This document shows, one piece after another, positions 1 to 15,515 of a stretch of 64,000 bases of DNA (its first letter is position 1; every line of letters begins with the position of its first letter). A program made the position numbers and the translations under genes. Under the pieces are notes generated by a model that saw only the letters and a list, made by a program, of their open reading frames with translations, was not told where the DNA came from and made no database searches. Source of the stretch: Nitrospirota bacterium (GTDB lineage Bacteria > Nitrospirota > UBA9217); assembly GCA_020052615.1 (NCBI GenBank), contig JAGVOT010000123.1, forward strand, positions 88,047 through 152,046. Reading direction: 5' to 3'.

Positions 1-475
1 TCATCGGCGATCTCCTGATCTTTGCCCGTCCAACGGCCCTCAATCGAACTGCGGTGAACATGCGGGAACTGATCGACAGCTGTGTGACCACCGTCCTTAA
101 GGCGAAGGGCGCTGATGCCCGGATCGCGACGGTCCTTGACCTGGGAGATGGAACGGCGCCCGTCGATGAGGTGCTGATGCGGCAGGCGCTGGGGAACCTT
201 GTCCAGAATGCCGTGGAGGCAATGCCCGATGGGGGTATCCTCACGGTGAAATCGCAGCGCGATGGTGATCTGCTCATTACCGTAAAGGACACAGGCATCG
301 GAGTTCCCCGGGAGCAGCACCGGAAGATCTTCCTGCCCTTCTTCACGACCAAGGACAAGGGTGTCGGCATGGGCCTGGCCCTTGCCCATAAGATCATCAC
401 TGCGCACGGCGGAAGGATCGAGGTGGAAAGTGGAGAGGGCGGAGGGACGATGTTCACGGTCATGATTCCGATAGC

Positions 476-479
<4 letters not shown>
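1..479 (+). CDS. Sensor histidine kinase, C-terminal fragment (HATPase_c domain); the 5' end lies outside the window
   Basis: Open frame from nt 3. The translation carries the HATPase N, G1 and G2 motifs (LGNLVQNAVEAM, DTGIGVP, GKGVGMGLALAHKI). Its stop overlaps the start of the next gene. Confidence 0.8.
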
Positions 480-3923
<3,444 letters not shown>

Positions 3924-3924
3924 C

Positions 3925-4764
3925 GTGCGCCTTGGCTTCCATGTGTCCATATCCGGCGGTTTTTCCCTTGCGGTGCAGCGCGCCCACGAGCTCGGCTGTT
4001 CGACCATGCAGATTTTCAGCCGCAATCCACGCGGATGGACCGTCAAACCGCTCGACAGGGCAGATATTGACGAGTTCAAACGGCTTCGAGAACAGTATGA
4101 CATCGATCCCGTCTTCGTCCATACGAACTATCTTATCAATCTGGCATCGACGAAGCCTGAGCTGTACGAGCGGTCGATCGAGCAGTTTGTCATCGATCTG
4201 GAACGTACCGAGCATCTCGGCGCGGAATATCTGGTGACACATCTCGGCTCAGCAAGCGGCCAGGAACCCCTATGGATGATCGACCGGGTCGCTGATGCCC
4301 TGAACATGGCCATGAAGCTCCATGCACCCCGGGCGACGATCCTGCTCGAGAATACAGCCGGGGAAAAAGGGGATGTGGGTTATACCTTTGAACAGGTGAA
4401 TGATGTGATATCGCGCCTAAACAATACTGATAAGGTCGGGATCTGCTATGATACGTGCCACGGTTTCGCGGCGGGCTATGATATCCGGACCAAGGCAGGA
4501 GTCGATGCTGTCGCAGAAAAGATCGGCAGTACGGTCGGTCTCGGCAGGCTTAAGGGCATGCACCTCAACGACTGTCTCAGGGAACTCGGTTCCCATGTGG
4601 ACCGCCATTGGCACATCGGCGAAGGCAAGATCGGAGAAGCCGGATTCACCGCCATATTGAACCACCCGGCTTTCAAGGACGTACCCAAGATCATGGAAAC
4701 ACCGAAAGAGACCGACGAGGACGATCCCCGGAACATGAAGAAGGTCCGGTTGTTGATGAAATAA
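3925..4764 (+). CDS. nfo: Deoxyribonuclease IV (endonuclease IV, AP endonuclease family 2)
   Basis: 279 aa with a GTG start. Translation begins MRLGFHVSISGGF..., a TIM-barrel xylose-isomerase-like AP endonuclease signature. Its start sits 2 nt after the ligA stop. Confidence 0.85.
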   Translation: MRLGFHVSISGGFSLAVQRAHELGCSTMQIFSRNPRGWTVKPLDRADIDEFKRLREQYDIDPVFVHTNYLINLASTKPELYERSIEQFVIDLERTEHLGAEYLVTHLGSASGQEPLWMIDRVADALNMAMKLHAPRATILLENTAGEKGDVGYTFEQVNDVISRLNNTDKVGICYDTCHGFAAGYDIRTKAGVDAVAEKIGSTVGLGRLKGMHLNDCLRELGSHVDRHWHIGEGKIGEAGFTAILNHPAFKDVPKIMETPKETDEDDPRNMKKVRLLMK

Positions 4765-4928
4765 TGACTTTAAGGGCGTCTCTCGCAGAGCACGCAGAGG
4801 ACGCGGGGGCTTTAAAACAAATCGCCAAGTCCTAGTCTTATCTTAAAACAAGTTACAGCTTTTTTCTGCGAGCCATCATCTTCCTGCTTTCGAATAATTT
4901 CATTCATACTAAAGCAATTCATACGTTT

Positions 4929-6245
4929 ATGCAGATAAGCATTAGAAGACAGATGATTTCGCTTGCCGTCCCCGTTGTCCTGTCGAGCTTCCTTCAGAGG
5001 TCGGTCGGCATCGTGGACATCTTCCTCGTCGGCGGACTGGGAGCGTCGGCGATCGCCGCCGTCGGTGTTGCCCAGATCATGATCTTTGTCGTCATGAGCA
5101 TGTCCTGGGGCATCAACGTCGGCACAACGGTCCTGGTCTCGCAGCTCTGGGGGGCGGATCGGAAAGAGGAGGCAGGGAAGGCAGCGTACCAGGCCATGCT
5201 CATGGCCGCGCTTGCCGCGATCGTCATCATGGCGGTCGGCCGCCTGGCCGGAGGGAAGGTGGCTGCGCTGCTCGGGGCGAACGAAGAGGTCCAGCAGATA
5301 CTGTTCTCCTATTCGAAGATCATCTTCACGTTCATCCTGTTCACGATTGCCATCAATGTCCTTTCCGGCATCATGCACGGCGCCGGTGATACCAGGACAC
5401 CGCTCTATGCGACGCTGATCGTGAACATCCTCCATGTCGTAGTCGCCTACCCGCTGATCTACGGGAAAATGGGCCTGCCCGCCATGGGCGTCAAGGGCGC
5501 GGCGATCGCCATTGCTGTATCGGAGTGCCTGGGAACGGCGTTTCTGCTCGCCCGTTCGCTCCAGCGTCGTTACATCGTGCCATCGCGAACGCTGGAGATG
5601 AGGTTGACGACGAAGACCGTCAAGCTTGGTTGGCCGATCTTTATAGACCGGTTATTGCAGAACGCGGGATCGATGATCTTCGCAAAAGTCATTTTGCTCT
5701 ATGGAACATCGGTATACGCCGCACATCAGGTGGGGCTTGCCATCGAGGCTATATCGTTCATGCCCGGGTACGGTATCGCCGTAGCCGCCGCGACCATGGT
5801 CGGACAGAACCTGGGAGCGGGCAGGCCGGCCGATGCGCGTCTATCGGCGTATGAGGCGAACCGATTTGCGGTCATCCTTATGGCCGGCATGGGATTCGTC
5901 TTCTTTTTCTTTCCCTATATGCTGCTAAGGCTCTTCACGAGTGATCCCGAGGTGATCAGGTATGGTATACTCTACATGAAGATCGTGGCCTTCGCCCAGG
6001 TCCCCCTTGCCATTACCATGGTGCTTGCCGGGTCCCTGCGCGGGGCGGGAGACACGGGGTTCATAATGTTCGCGACCATGGCGGGGATGTGGCTGGTCCG
6101 TATTCCGGCTACGGCCCTCCTTGCAACGGTGTTCCATGCTCCGATCCATTCGATCTGGTCGGTCATGATAGTCGACTGGCTGGTCAGGATGGGACTGCTG
6201 AGCTGGCGGTACCGGAAGGAACGGTGGGGGAGGATAGAGATATGA
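4929..6245 (+). CDS. MATE-family multidrug/Na+ efflux transporter
   Basis: 438 aa with 12 predicted TM segments. Typical MATE (NorM/DinF) repeats, e.g. GLGASAIAAVGVA and GAGDT. Confidence 0.85.
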   Translation: MQISIRRQMISLAVPVVLSSFLQRSVGIVDIFLVGGLGASAIAAVGVAQIMIFVVMSMSWGINVGTTVLVSQLWGADRKEEAGKAAYQAMLMAALAAIVIMAVGRLAGGKVAALLGANEEVQQILFSYSKIIFTFILFTIAINVLSGIMHGAGDTRTPLYATLIVNILHVVVAYPLIYGKMGLPAMGVKGAAIAIAVSECLGTAFLLARSLQRRYIVPSRTLEMRLTTKTVKLGWPIFIDRLLQNAGSMIFAKVILLYGTSVYAAHQVGLAIEAISFMPGYGIAVAAATMVGQNLGAGRPADARLSAYEANRFAVILMAGMGFVFFFFPYMLLRLFTSDPEVIRYGILYMKIVAFAQVPLAITMVLAGSLRGAGDTGFIMFATMAGMWLVRIPATALLATVFHAPIHSIWSVMIVDWLVRMGLLSWRYRKERWGRIEI

Positions 6246-6296
6246 CCGCTCAGGACAGCGGCAGGTCAGGCGCTCAAGCAAGAACAGGGAGGGCGT

Positions 6297-6533
6297 ATGC
6301 CTGATATCATGGAATTGATCGGAAAAGACGTGGAAGTTATGGCGAACGGAGTATCATACAGGGGAGTCTTGATAGAGGTATCGGAGACCGAGGTCCATCT
6401 CAAAGGGATGCTGGGCTACGTTTCTCTGCCGACGTCATCGGTGACCGAGGTGCGACCGGCGGAAAAAAAGACCGTGCAGTGGGATAGCACCTTCGCTGTA
6501 CCGGAGGAAGAGAAGAAGGACCTTATTCCCTAA
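6297..6533 (+). CDS. Small hypothetical protein (78 aa)
   Basis: ORF with ordinary codon usage. It is convergent with the response-regulator gene, and I could assign no domain. Confidence 0.4.
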   Translation: MPDIMELIGKDVEVMANGVSYRGVLIEVSETEVHLKGMLGYVSLPTSSVTEVRPAEKKTVQWDSTFAVPEEEKKDLIP

Positions 6534-6535
6534 GC

Positions 6536-7894
<1,359 letters not shown>

Positions 7895-10365
7895 GCAGTG
7901 GCTCCTTGTGAATATCGGTCGATACGGGGAGGATGATGGTGAAGGTGGTTCCCGTTCCGAGCGTGCTTGCGACCTTGAGATCGCCTTTGAACCTCTTCAC
8001 AATGTTATAGCTTACCGAGAGGCCGAGGCCTGTTCCTTTGCCGACCTCCTTGGTCGTGTAGAAGGGATCGAAGATCTTTTCCAGATCGGCAGCAGGGATC
8101 CCGGTCCCGGAATCATGGAAATCGATGAAGATCGTATCGTGGCCCTGCTCGTTCAGGCTGTGCCTGCTCGTCACGGAAAGCTCGCCGCCATCGGGCATCG
8201 CATCCAGCGCGTTCAGGATGATGTTGATGAACACCTGGGCGATCTGTCCCTCGTCGATCATGGTCTTGGGAATGTCCGGTGCCAGGTTGACGGTTATCTC
8301 AAGGGTGCTTTTCATGCGCTTATCGAGGCGCATGAGGTCAAGGGACGACCTCAAGATATCGTTGATCTGGGCCAGTTTGATGTTGGTCGAATCAGGGCGG
8401 GAGAACGTGGACATCTGACGCACGATCTCAGTGATCCGCTGGATATGGCTGTTGATCGTGTCGAGGCTGCTTTGCGCGAACTCGTCGGTGCTCATCTCCC
8501 GCAGCAGCTGGGCGAAGGTCGAAATGGAGGTAAGGGGGTTGCCGATCTCGTGAGCGACGCCCGCGGCGAGACGGCCGAGGGCGGCGAGCTTCTCGGAGTG
8601 CAGGACCTGCTGTTCGAGCTTCTTGGCCGTTGCGACCTCTTTGTCCACCCGGTCCTCAAGCTCGGCCGTGTACTGCTTGAGCGCTTCCTCAAGGTGTACG
8701 CGCTTGGTGACGTTGTTGCTCGCGATCACGATGCCGGTCACTTCGCCCGCTATGAGCAGGGGACTGACGTTCATATCAAAGAATATGGGCTCCGGCTGGA
8801 TCCCCGTGATACGGTACTCCTTGACTTCGATGCTGATGCGTTCCGTCATGCACCGGTGCAACAGGGTTTCGATGGGGATCCCTTCATAGCGCGGCAGATT
8901 GTCAGGGAACAGCGAGAAGAATGGCCGCCCGACGATGTCCTGCTTGGGACGGCCGAGGGCCCTTGCCTGTGCGGTGTTCACGGTCCTGACCGTCAGGTCA
9001 CGGTCCAGGACCAGAAGGCTGGTCTGGGTGTTCTCGATGATGTTCTCGAGATAGTTCTTCGCGATCACGATCTCCTGCTCAAGGCGGCGCTGGTTCTCGA
9101 GATGCATGGCCTTTTCCTCGGCCTTGATCTTTTTCCGGTAGGTGATCATGGAAATAACGGATGCGACAAGCGTCGTGATGAATATCGAGATGATCAGCAG
9201 GGAGAAGAACGACTGGCTTTTTTGCATCAGGGCGATCACATCAGAATAGGGAGCGGAGACCACGACGAACCAGGAACGAACGCCGACCGGGAACTTGTAA
9301 TAGGCCGCGAGCTTGTTCTCGCCTCCCGGCGCAACATAGAAACCGAAGGTCTCCGTCTTGCCCTCGACCATCTGCTTTTCAGCATTGAATGAGCGGTGGC
9401 ACTGAAAACAGGAACTGTCTGTGTGAAACAGGTTCTTCCCGAGCATCTGCGGTTGTGTGGGATGGTAGAGGAGTGTGCCGTCGCTGTCCATCATCCAGGC
9501 ATATCCGCGGGTTCCGGACTTTACCGGGAGAAGATATTTCTGCGTTATTCCGTCAACGGACAGGACGGCGAGGACGACGCCGTTGAACTGGAGCTCCTGC
9601 GAGCTAGGTGATTTCTGATAGATCGGAGTGGCCATGACGAATTGTTTCGAGTCCGGCCGCTCTGCAACGATGCTCATGAGGTCAGTGATCAGGTGCTCGT
9701 TTGCGCGAAGGGTCTTCGCTCTGCTGAAATATTTCGTATCAGCAAGGCTGTCACCCTCCCGCTTGGGATAGCCGCTGTCATAGAGGATCGTCCCGCGGCG
9801 GTCCAGGATCCGGAGGGCAACGAGGATGTCGCTTTCGATGTGATAGTGTATCCCTTTTATGACCGCCCGTGCCTGTGAACTCCGGCCGACACTCATGATG
9901 TCGGGCAGCTGCGAGATAACGCTGATGTCCTTGTACACATGATCGAGGAACGATTCCACGTTGATGGCGACCTGCTGGGCAAGCAAAAGCTGCTGCTTGT
10001 TGAACTGATCGGCCATCTCGTTCCGGAGCGTCTGATGAAAGGTCTGTCCGATTATGATGATGAGGGATAAGATGAAAAGAAAGGCCAGGATGACCACGAG
10101 CGGCGTAAGGATCTCACGGTTCTTGAGGGTGCGAAGCGCGCTGAACATGCGCTAATTTACTGCCAAAATGTCAGTGATGTCAAGGGATTAGATTGTCAGG
10201 GCGGAGGTGTCTGACGTGCAAGGTGTGTAAGGTAGATACCGACGTTGTGAAAGACCGGCATTCCCATGGTGTGATGATAGGGAACTGACCGCGATCATGA
10301 GGGGATAGTGGACGCCCGAGGTTACATCAGGATACTGAACGATGGCAGGCTGCGGGAACTGCATG

Positions 10366-10413
10366 TTCAATAAAATATAGGCTTCAGCGTCATGTGTATG
10401 ACGCCGAAGAGGA
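10366..10413 (-). terminator. Rho-independent terminator after the single-domain REC gene
   Basis: Twelve-bp stem with one mismatch (GGCTTCAGCGTCAT / ATGACGCCGAAGAG). On the minus strand it is followed by TATATTTTATTG. Confidence 0.5.
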
Positions 10414-10551
10414 GTAGTTCGTCGGAAAGGATTTCTGTGTTACGCGCAGTTCCATGATGCATGGATTGTTACCTGGCGGCAGGGTGGTTTGAACTGCGGT
10501 TTTTCTACCGAACGACGAACGGATGTGTTCCCGAACACTGACGGCTGATCA

Positions 10552-10986
10552 TCAGTTCGGGAAGAGATTCTTGATCTTGGCGAGGATATCCATGGGGCTA
10601 AAAGGTTTGACGATGTATTCGTCCGCGCCGACTTCCTTCCCGCGCTCCTGTTCTGCCACCTGTCCCTTGGCCGTAAGCATGATGATGTAGATGCTTCTCA
10701 GGTCTGGATCGTTCTTGATGGTGCGGCAGACATCATAGCCGTTGATCTCCGGCATCATGATGTCCAGGAAAAGGATGTCAGGTTTTCGTTCCCGAACCTT
10801 GCGGAGCGTGTCAGCTCCGTCATTAGCAAGCTGCAGATCATAACCCTCATCCTCAAGGAGGTAGGTGAGGGCATCCCTGATATTCTCGTTATCGTCGGCG
10901 ATCAAAACCTTTTTCTGGTCCCTGGTCGTTGTATTCATATGGTAGATAGTATCCCGATACTCGCAGCTTGTCAAGCTGATATGCAA
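10552..10986 (-). CDS. Stand-alone response-regulator receiver (CheY-like)
   Basis: 144 aa REC-only protein with DD...D...T...K motifs (LIADDNE, LFLDIMMP, LTAKG). Confidence 0.85.
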   Translation of the reverse strand: MHISLTSCEYRDTIYHMNTTTRDQKKVLIADDNENIRDALTYLLEDEGYDLQLANDGADTLRKVRERKPDILFLDIMMPEINGYDVCRTIKNDPDLRSIYIIMLTAKGQVAEQERGKEVGADEYIVKPFSPMDILAKIKNLFPN

Positions 10987-11163
10987 CTTTAGGGTTCGGA
11001 TCGATGCTACGATAACGCCTTGATTATACGATAATTAACCCTGTTATTAACTGTTGTAAATCGTGGTTGTGTACTGTAAAATGCGCTCTAAAGAAGTCGT
11101 TCATGGTTCAGCAGGCAGAGAACGATGCAATTCGAACTGCCGGGATGACTCGAGGAGGGATCC

Positions 11164-12558
11164 TTGCACGTTGGATTTGATATGCACGCGGTGTTACGGC
11201 AGGTCCTGAAGAACGGAGGAGAATATGCGGACCTGTACCTGGAGCGGTCTTCGCCTCTTGCCATCTTGTGTGAAGATGACCGGATCGAAAAGGTCATTGC
11301 CGGACGCGAATGCGGCGCGGGTCTGAGGCTTATCTCAGGAAAACGGACAGCCTACGCCTATACGAACGAACTTACCACGTCGTCGCTTCTCGGACTGGCC
11401 GAGGCCATGAGCCGGTCGGTCCGTTCCCCAGAGGGGCCAGGGGAGCGACCGATTACCCTGCAGGGAACATCTCCTGCCGGCAGTGGGTCATTTGTGAAAC
11501 AGCCGCCTGAGCAGGTAACAACGGACAAAAAAGCGGAGATGGTGAAGCGGGCGAACCATATTGCCCGGAACTTCGATCCGCGGGTACGTCAGGTTATGGT
11601 GACGTACCGCGAGAACCGCCAGGAGGTGCTCATTGCAACATCGTCCGGCGAAGTGATCGAGGATACGCGCAGCTATCTTACCGCCATGGTCCAGGTCGTC
11701 GCGTCCGACGGCGGGGCCGTGCAGACGGGCTATGAACCCGTGGGCGGTTTGATCGGCATGGAACTCTTCGATGCTGAACCGCTGGAACTGGCCGCCGAGA
11801 AGGCCGCGCGCAGGGCAGTGATGATGCTGACCGCCCGCAAGGCTCCTGCGGGGAGGATGCCGGTGGTCCTGTCGTCCGATGCGGGCGGGACCATGATCCA
11901 TGAAGCGATCGGCCACGGTCTCGAAGCGGACCTCGCCCAATCCGGGTTGTCGGTCTATTCGGGCAAGCTTGGCCAGCAGATCGCGTCGCCATTGATCACC
12001 GTCGTTGATGATGCGACCTTGCCGGGCAGAAGGGGGTCGTTCCGCGTGGACGATGAGGGGACGAACGCGCAGCGTACGGTCCTCGTGGAGCAGGGCATCC
12101 TGATAACCTACCTGTACGACCGCCTTACCGCGATGAAGGACGGGACCCGGTCCACGGGCAATGGCAGAAGGGAGTCCTACCGGCATCGCCCCATTCCCCG
12201 CATGACCAACACCATGATCGTGCCGGGCGCAACAAGACCGGCCGATATCCTGAAGTCCACGCCGAAAGGCCTCTTCGTCCGCAAGATGGGTGGCGGGCAG
12301 GTGAATACGGTCAATGGAGATTTCGTGTTCGAGGTGAGCGAGGGATATCTCATCGAGAACGGACGGATCGCCGATCCCGTGCGCGGAGCGACGCTCGTGG
12401 GAAATGGCCCTGCCGTTCTCATGTCAATCGACCTGGTCGGCTCGGACCTGGGCTTTTCCATCGGGACATGCGGCAAGGACGGCCAGGGCTCGCCGGTGAG
12501 CGATGCGCAGCCGACCCTCCGGATCCCGGAGATCACCGTCGGCGGAGAAGTGGAGTAG
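11164..12558 (+). CDS. tldD: TldD/PmbA-family metalloprotease (TldD paralogue)
   Basis: 464 aa. Contains the HEAIGHGLEAD metal-binding motif and conserved C-terminal GGxV repeats. The start may be the second Met, at 11182. Confidence 0.85.
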   Translation: MHVGFDMHAVLRQVLKNGGEYADLYLERSSPLAILCEDDRIEKVIAGRECGAGLRLISGKRTAYAYTNELTTSSLLGLAEAMSRSVRSPEGPGERPITLQGTSPAGSGSFVKQPPEQVTTDKKAEMVKRANHIARNFDPRVRQVMVTYRENRQEVLIATSSGEVIEDTRSYLTAMVQVVASDGGAVQTGYEPVGGLIGMELFDAEPLELAAEKAARRAVMMLTARKAPAGRMPVVLSSDAGGTMIHEAIGHGLEADLAQSGLSVYSGKLGQQIASPLITVVDDATLPGRRGSFRVDDEGTNAQRTVLVEQGILITYLYDRLTAMKDGTRSTGNGRRESYRHRPIPRMTNTMIVPGATRPADILKSTPKGLFVRKMGGGQVNTVNGDFVFEVSEGYLIENGRIADPVRGATLVGNGPAVLMSIDLVGSDLGFSIGTCGKDGQGSPVSDAQPTLRIPEITVGGEVE

Positions 12559-12565
12559 CGTCGTG

Positions 12566-13419
12566 ATGTTCTCGTTCATTCGAAAACGGCTCGAGCTCAA
12601 GATCATCGTTTCTCTGGCGCTCGTGATGGCTGCATGATCGGGGGTCTATACCTACATATGCGGACCGACACGATATGCACCTTGGAACGCACGCTCGGAG
12701 CGCTGGCTTCGGCCATCAAGGGAACGGTGATCGGGTCCATGAAAAAAGGTCGCCATAAGCTCGTCAAGAACATCGTCGATGCGGCCAATGAGCCGGACTT
12801 CAATGATCGGGTGATGATCTACGACGGATCAGGGCGATCGACTCAGGGACTTGAAAAAAAGCCGGCGATGGCGGTTTGGATATGGACATCCCGCCTGCGA
12901 TCTTGCGTTCCGTGGCAGGAGGGGACATCAGCGATATTCGCGATCAGCGGGACAACACGTATATTTCCTATTACTACACCGTGGGCTGCAGGACACAATG
13001 ACGAATGGCAAGGTCGGTGAACAACAAAGTATGCTGGTGCTTCCCGATGGCCGGAGCCGTCATCTCCACAGCATCTTCGCGCCGCTGGTCGAGGATGGCA
13101 CGACGTTGTTCGTCGTGGAGGCCATCAGGGACACATCGGAGCGGGTCACCACGGAAAGGGAGCTGGCGGAAAAAACATCCGAGCTGCGCATGACCAATCG
13201 GCTCCTGGCACAGCTTGCCGTTACCGACAGCCAGACGAAGCTCTACAACCGGCGGCATTGTGACGAGGTCCTTTTCAAAGAGATAAAGCGCTAAACCGGC
13301 GCAAATACATTTCCCTTTTGCTTATCATGATCGATATAGACCATTTCAAGGGGCTGAACGACCGGTACGGACATCTTGACCGGGCGCTGCACCAGGCAAG
13401 GGATGAAGTGGAGGTTTGA
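12566..13419 (+). pseudogene. Collapsed remnant of a membrane sensor-PAS-GGDEF diguanylate cyclase gene
   Basis: Short N-terminal TM-like piece (MFSFIRKRLELKIIVSLALVMAA), then a stop. A PAS C-terminal segment plus linker (LFVVEAIRDTSERV...LAVTDSQTKLYNRRHCDEVLFKEIKR) ends in TAA at 13294. The GGDEF core (RRKYISLLLIMIDIDHFKGLNDRYGHLD) continues in the +2 frame and stops after ~45 aa at 13419. The pieces lie in three frames and total only ~285 aa. Confidence 0.6.
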
Positions 13420-13952
13420 GCGTGCGAAAGTCGAGCGATCAAGGCAATGGACCGGGGATCATCAGGACGGCGATCATTACCCTGAGCGACAAGGGTGCGA
13501 AAGGTGAGCGTGAGGACGAGAGCGGTCAGGTCATCCGTGAAATGGTTTCCGGCATCGGCGCAGAGGTCCGTCACTATGAGATCCTCCCTGATGAACATGA
13601 TCGGATCGTCGCCGCATTGAAGCGCCTCGCTGATTCCGGAGCGATCGACCTGGTCCTGACCACGGGCGGTACCGGGGTCGCTCCCAGGGATGTGACGCCT
13701 GAGGCCACCCGCGAGGTCATTGACCGGGAGCTTCCGGGCATGTCCGAGGCCATGCGCGCGGAAAGCCTCAAGAAGACCCCCCATGCCATGCTGTCCCGTT
13801 CCGTTGCCGGGATGCGCAAACAGACCCTCATCGTGAACCTTCCCGGCAGCCCCCGTGCGGTCCGCGAGAACCTCGCTGTCATCCTTCCTGCGCTGGTACA
13901 TGCCATCGAAAAGATCAAAGGCGATCCCTCCGAATGCGGCGCTTCCTCGTAG
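13416..13952 (+). CDS. mogA: Molybdopterin adenylyltransferase / MoaB-MogA family molybdenum cofactor biosynthesis protein
   Basis: 178 aa. Carries the MoCF_biosynth motifs (IITLSDKGA, GGTGVAPRDVTPEA). Confidence 0.8.
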   Translation: MSVRKSSDQGNGPGIIRTAIITLSDKGAKGEREDESGQVIREMVSGIGAEVRHYEILPDEHDRIVAALKRLADSGAIDLVLTTGGTGVAPRDVTPEATREVIDRELPGMSEAMRAESLKKTPHAMLSRSVAGMRKQTLIVNLPGSPRAVRENLAVILPALVHAIEKIKGDPSECGASS

Positions 13953-14180
13953 CATGGTGCCGGCACCTTTTCCGTTGACAATCCGTTCCGGTGTTTGCTA
14001 CAGTGAAGCTGCTGCTGTTCCGCCACGGTGGGACAGCAGCAGCGTAGATCCGTTCGGTAGTATTCATCTAAACGCTCTCTAGCCCGTAGTCCAGCCGTCC
14101 AGACGTGACGGGGAATGCGCTCGCTCCTGGATTCTTCGATGAATGGTCGGACACCCTTTTTTCATTGTTAAGGAGACGTA

Positions 14181-14933
14181 ATGTTCTGTCCACACTGCGG
14201 CAAGGAAATATCCGAAGACCAGGCCTTTTGTCAGTTCTGTGGAGGAACTGTCGCGTCGGCCGTGCCGGCGTCTGTTCCGGGCAGGGCCAAGACCGCCTGG
14301 GAAGACCCGTCCACGCGGTGGACCGTCAAAGGATTGCTCTCCTCCCTGAAGGAAGTTCTTTTTGCACCGACGAAATTTTATCACACGATGAATGTCACCG
14401 GGGGAATCACCGATCCCATGCTCTTCGCCCTGATCACCGGCATGGTAAGCTGGATGATCTATTATTTCTGGCTCATAGTCCTTCGCGATCCCCTCGGCAG
14501 TTATATCCCTCGCACAGGGGCGTCAGGCCTCGACGTGTTCCAGGGTTTCGGCCTCGTTGCCGCTGCGGTCTTTACACCATTCATTCTTATCGCCTCGCTG
14601 TTCATCTGGTCAGGCATTCTTCACGTGCTGTTGATGATGGTGCGAGGTGCAAAGAACGGTTTTGAGGCCACGTTCAGGGTCGTATCCTACAGCTGTGGCG
14701 CCTACGTCTTTCTCATGGTCCCTTTTTGCGGCGCGGTCATTTCCGGTATCTGGACCATGGTGCTGGCGATCATCGGACTAAAGGGGGCACACGGAACGAC
14801 GGGCGGAAAGGCATCGTTTGCCGTGTTATTCCCGCTTATCATGTGCTGCGCCATCGTGATGATGTTCTTCCTGCTCGTGCTGGGCACTGTAGCGGCTTCC
14901 TTTGGGACCATGCCACAGCAGCCGTGGCGGTAG
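14181..14933 (+). CDS. Zinc-ribbon / Yip1-domain membrane protein
   Basis: N-terminal CPHCG...CQFCG zinc ribbon followed by five TM helices typical of the Yip1 (DUF1282-like) family. Confidence 0.6.
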   Translation: MFCPHCGKEISEDQAFCQFCGGTVASAVPASVPGRAKTAWEDPSTRWTVKGLLSSLKEVLFAPTKFYHTMNVTGGITDPMLFALITGMVSWMIYYFWLIVLRDPLGSYIPRTGASGLDVFQGFGLVAAAVFTPFILIASLFIWSGILHVLLMMVRGAKNGFEATFRVVSYSCGAYVFLMVPFCGAVISGIWTMVLAIIGLKGAHGTTGGKASFAVLFPLIMCCAIVMMFFLLVLGTVAASFGTMPQQPWR

Positions 14934-14993
14934 GGTAGGGAGCCAGGAACTTCGATCACCGGAATAACTTTCCACCGATATGGATGGGTCGTT

Positions 14994-15401
14994 ATGCGCA
15001 TTTCCCTGAGACATAGGAATTCCGGTGAGATCGAGTTCGCTATCATCTACGGTTTGATCGTTAGCCTTGCCCTGGTCTCTGCCAGGGTGCTTCCCCTCCA
15101 GGATATCCTGCCGGCCTGCCTGTTCCGGGCGGCCACGGGAATACCCTGCCCTTCATGCGGAACAACACGAGCGCTACTGCATCTGGCACATGGTGATATT
15201 GCCGGTTCCCTGTTCCTGAATCCGCTCTTTTCCCTGGCCATGATCGTCGCTCTTGTTCTGTTCCTTGCTCGTTCTGCCCGTATTCTCTTTAGCCGATTCT
15301 GGATTACGCTCACCCTTACACGCGCAGAGGGCACGTTCTTGCGGGTAGTATTGGCCGGACTCTTCCTGGCGAATTGGGCATACCTGATTTTCATCGTGTA
15401 A
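14994..15401 (+). CDS. DUF2752-like small membrane protein (CPxCG motif)
   Basis: 135 aa and 3-4 TM segments. The CPSCGTTRAL motif is characteristic of DUF2752. Confidence 0.55.
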   Translation: MRISLRHRNSGEIEFAIIYGLIVSLALVSARVLPLQDILPACLFRAATGIPCPSCGTTRALLHLAHGDIAGSLFLNPLFSLAMIVALVLFLARSARILFSRFWITLTLTRAEGTFLRVVLAGLFLANWAYLIFIV

Positions 15402-15515
15402 CGGCCCACTTGCTCCCAACTATCGGGATATACGAACAAAAATAATTAAATTGTTGCCATTTAATCATCACTATGATAATATACCCGTCTTTACAAGAAT
15501 GTCCTTTAGTTTTCC

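Noticed and set aside
10987-11163. Candidate sigma-54 promoter (CGGCAG-N6-TTGCA on the minus strand at ~11120-11140) for the stand-alone REC gene. A similar near-match (TGGCAGG-N4-TTAC) lies at ~51030.
   Set aside because: The GG-to-GC spacing is off by one and the -24 element deviates (CGGCAG). The -12 GC is missing at 51030. No confident match to TGGCAC-N5-TTGCA was found anywhere in the window despite two sigma-54 activators being encoded.
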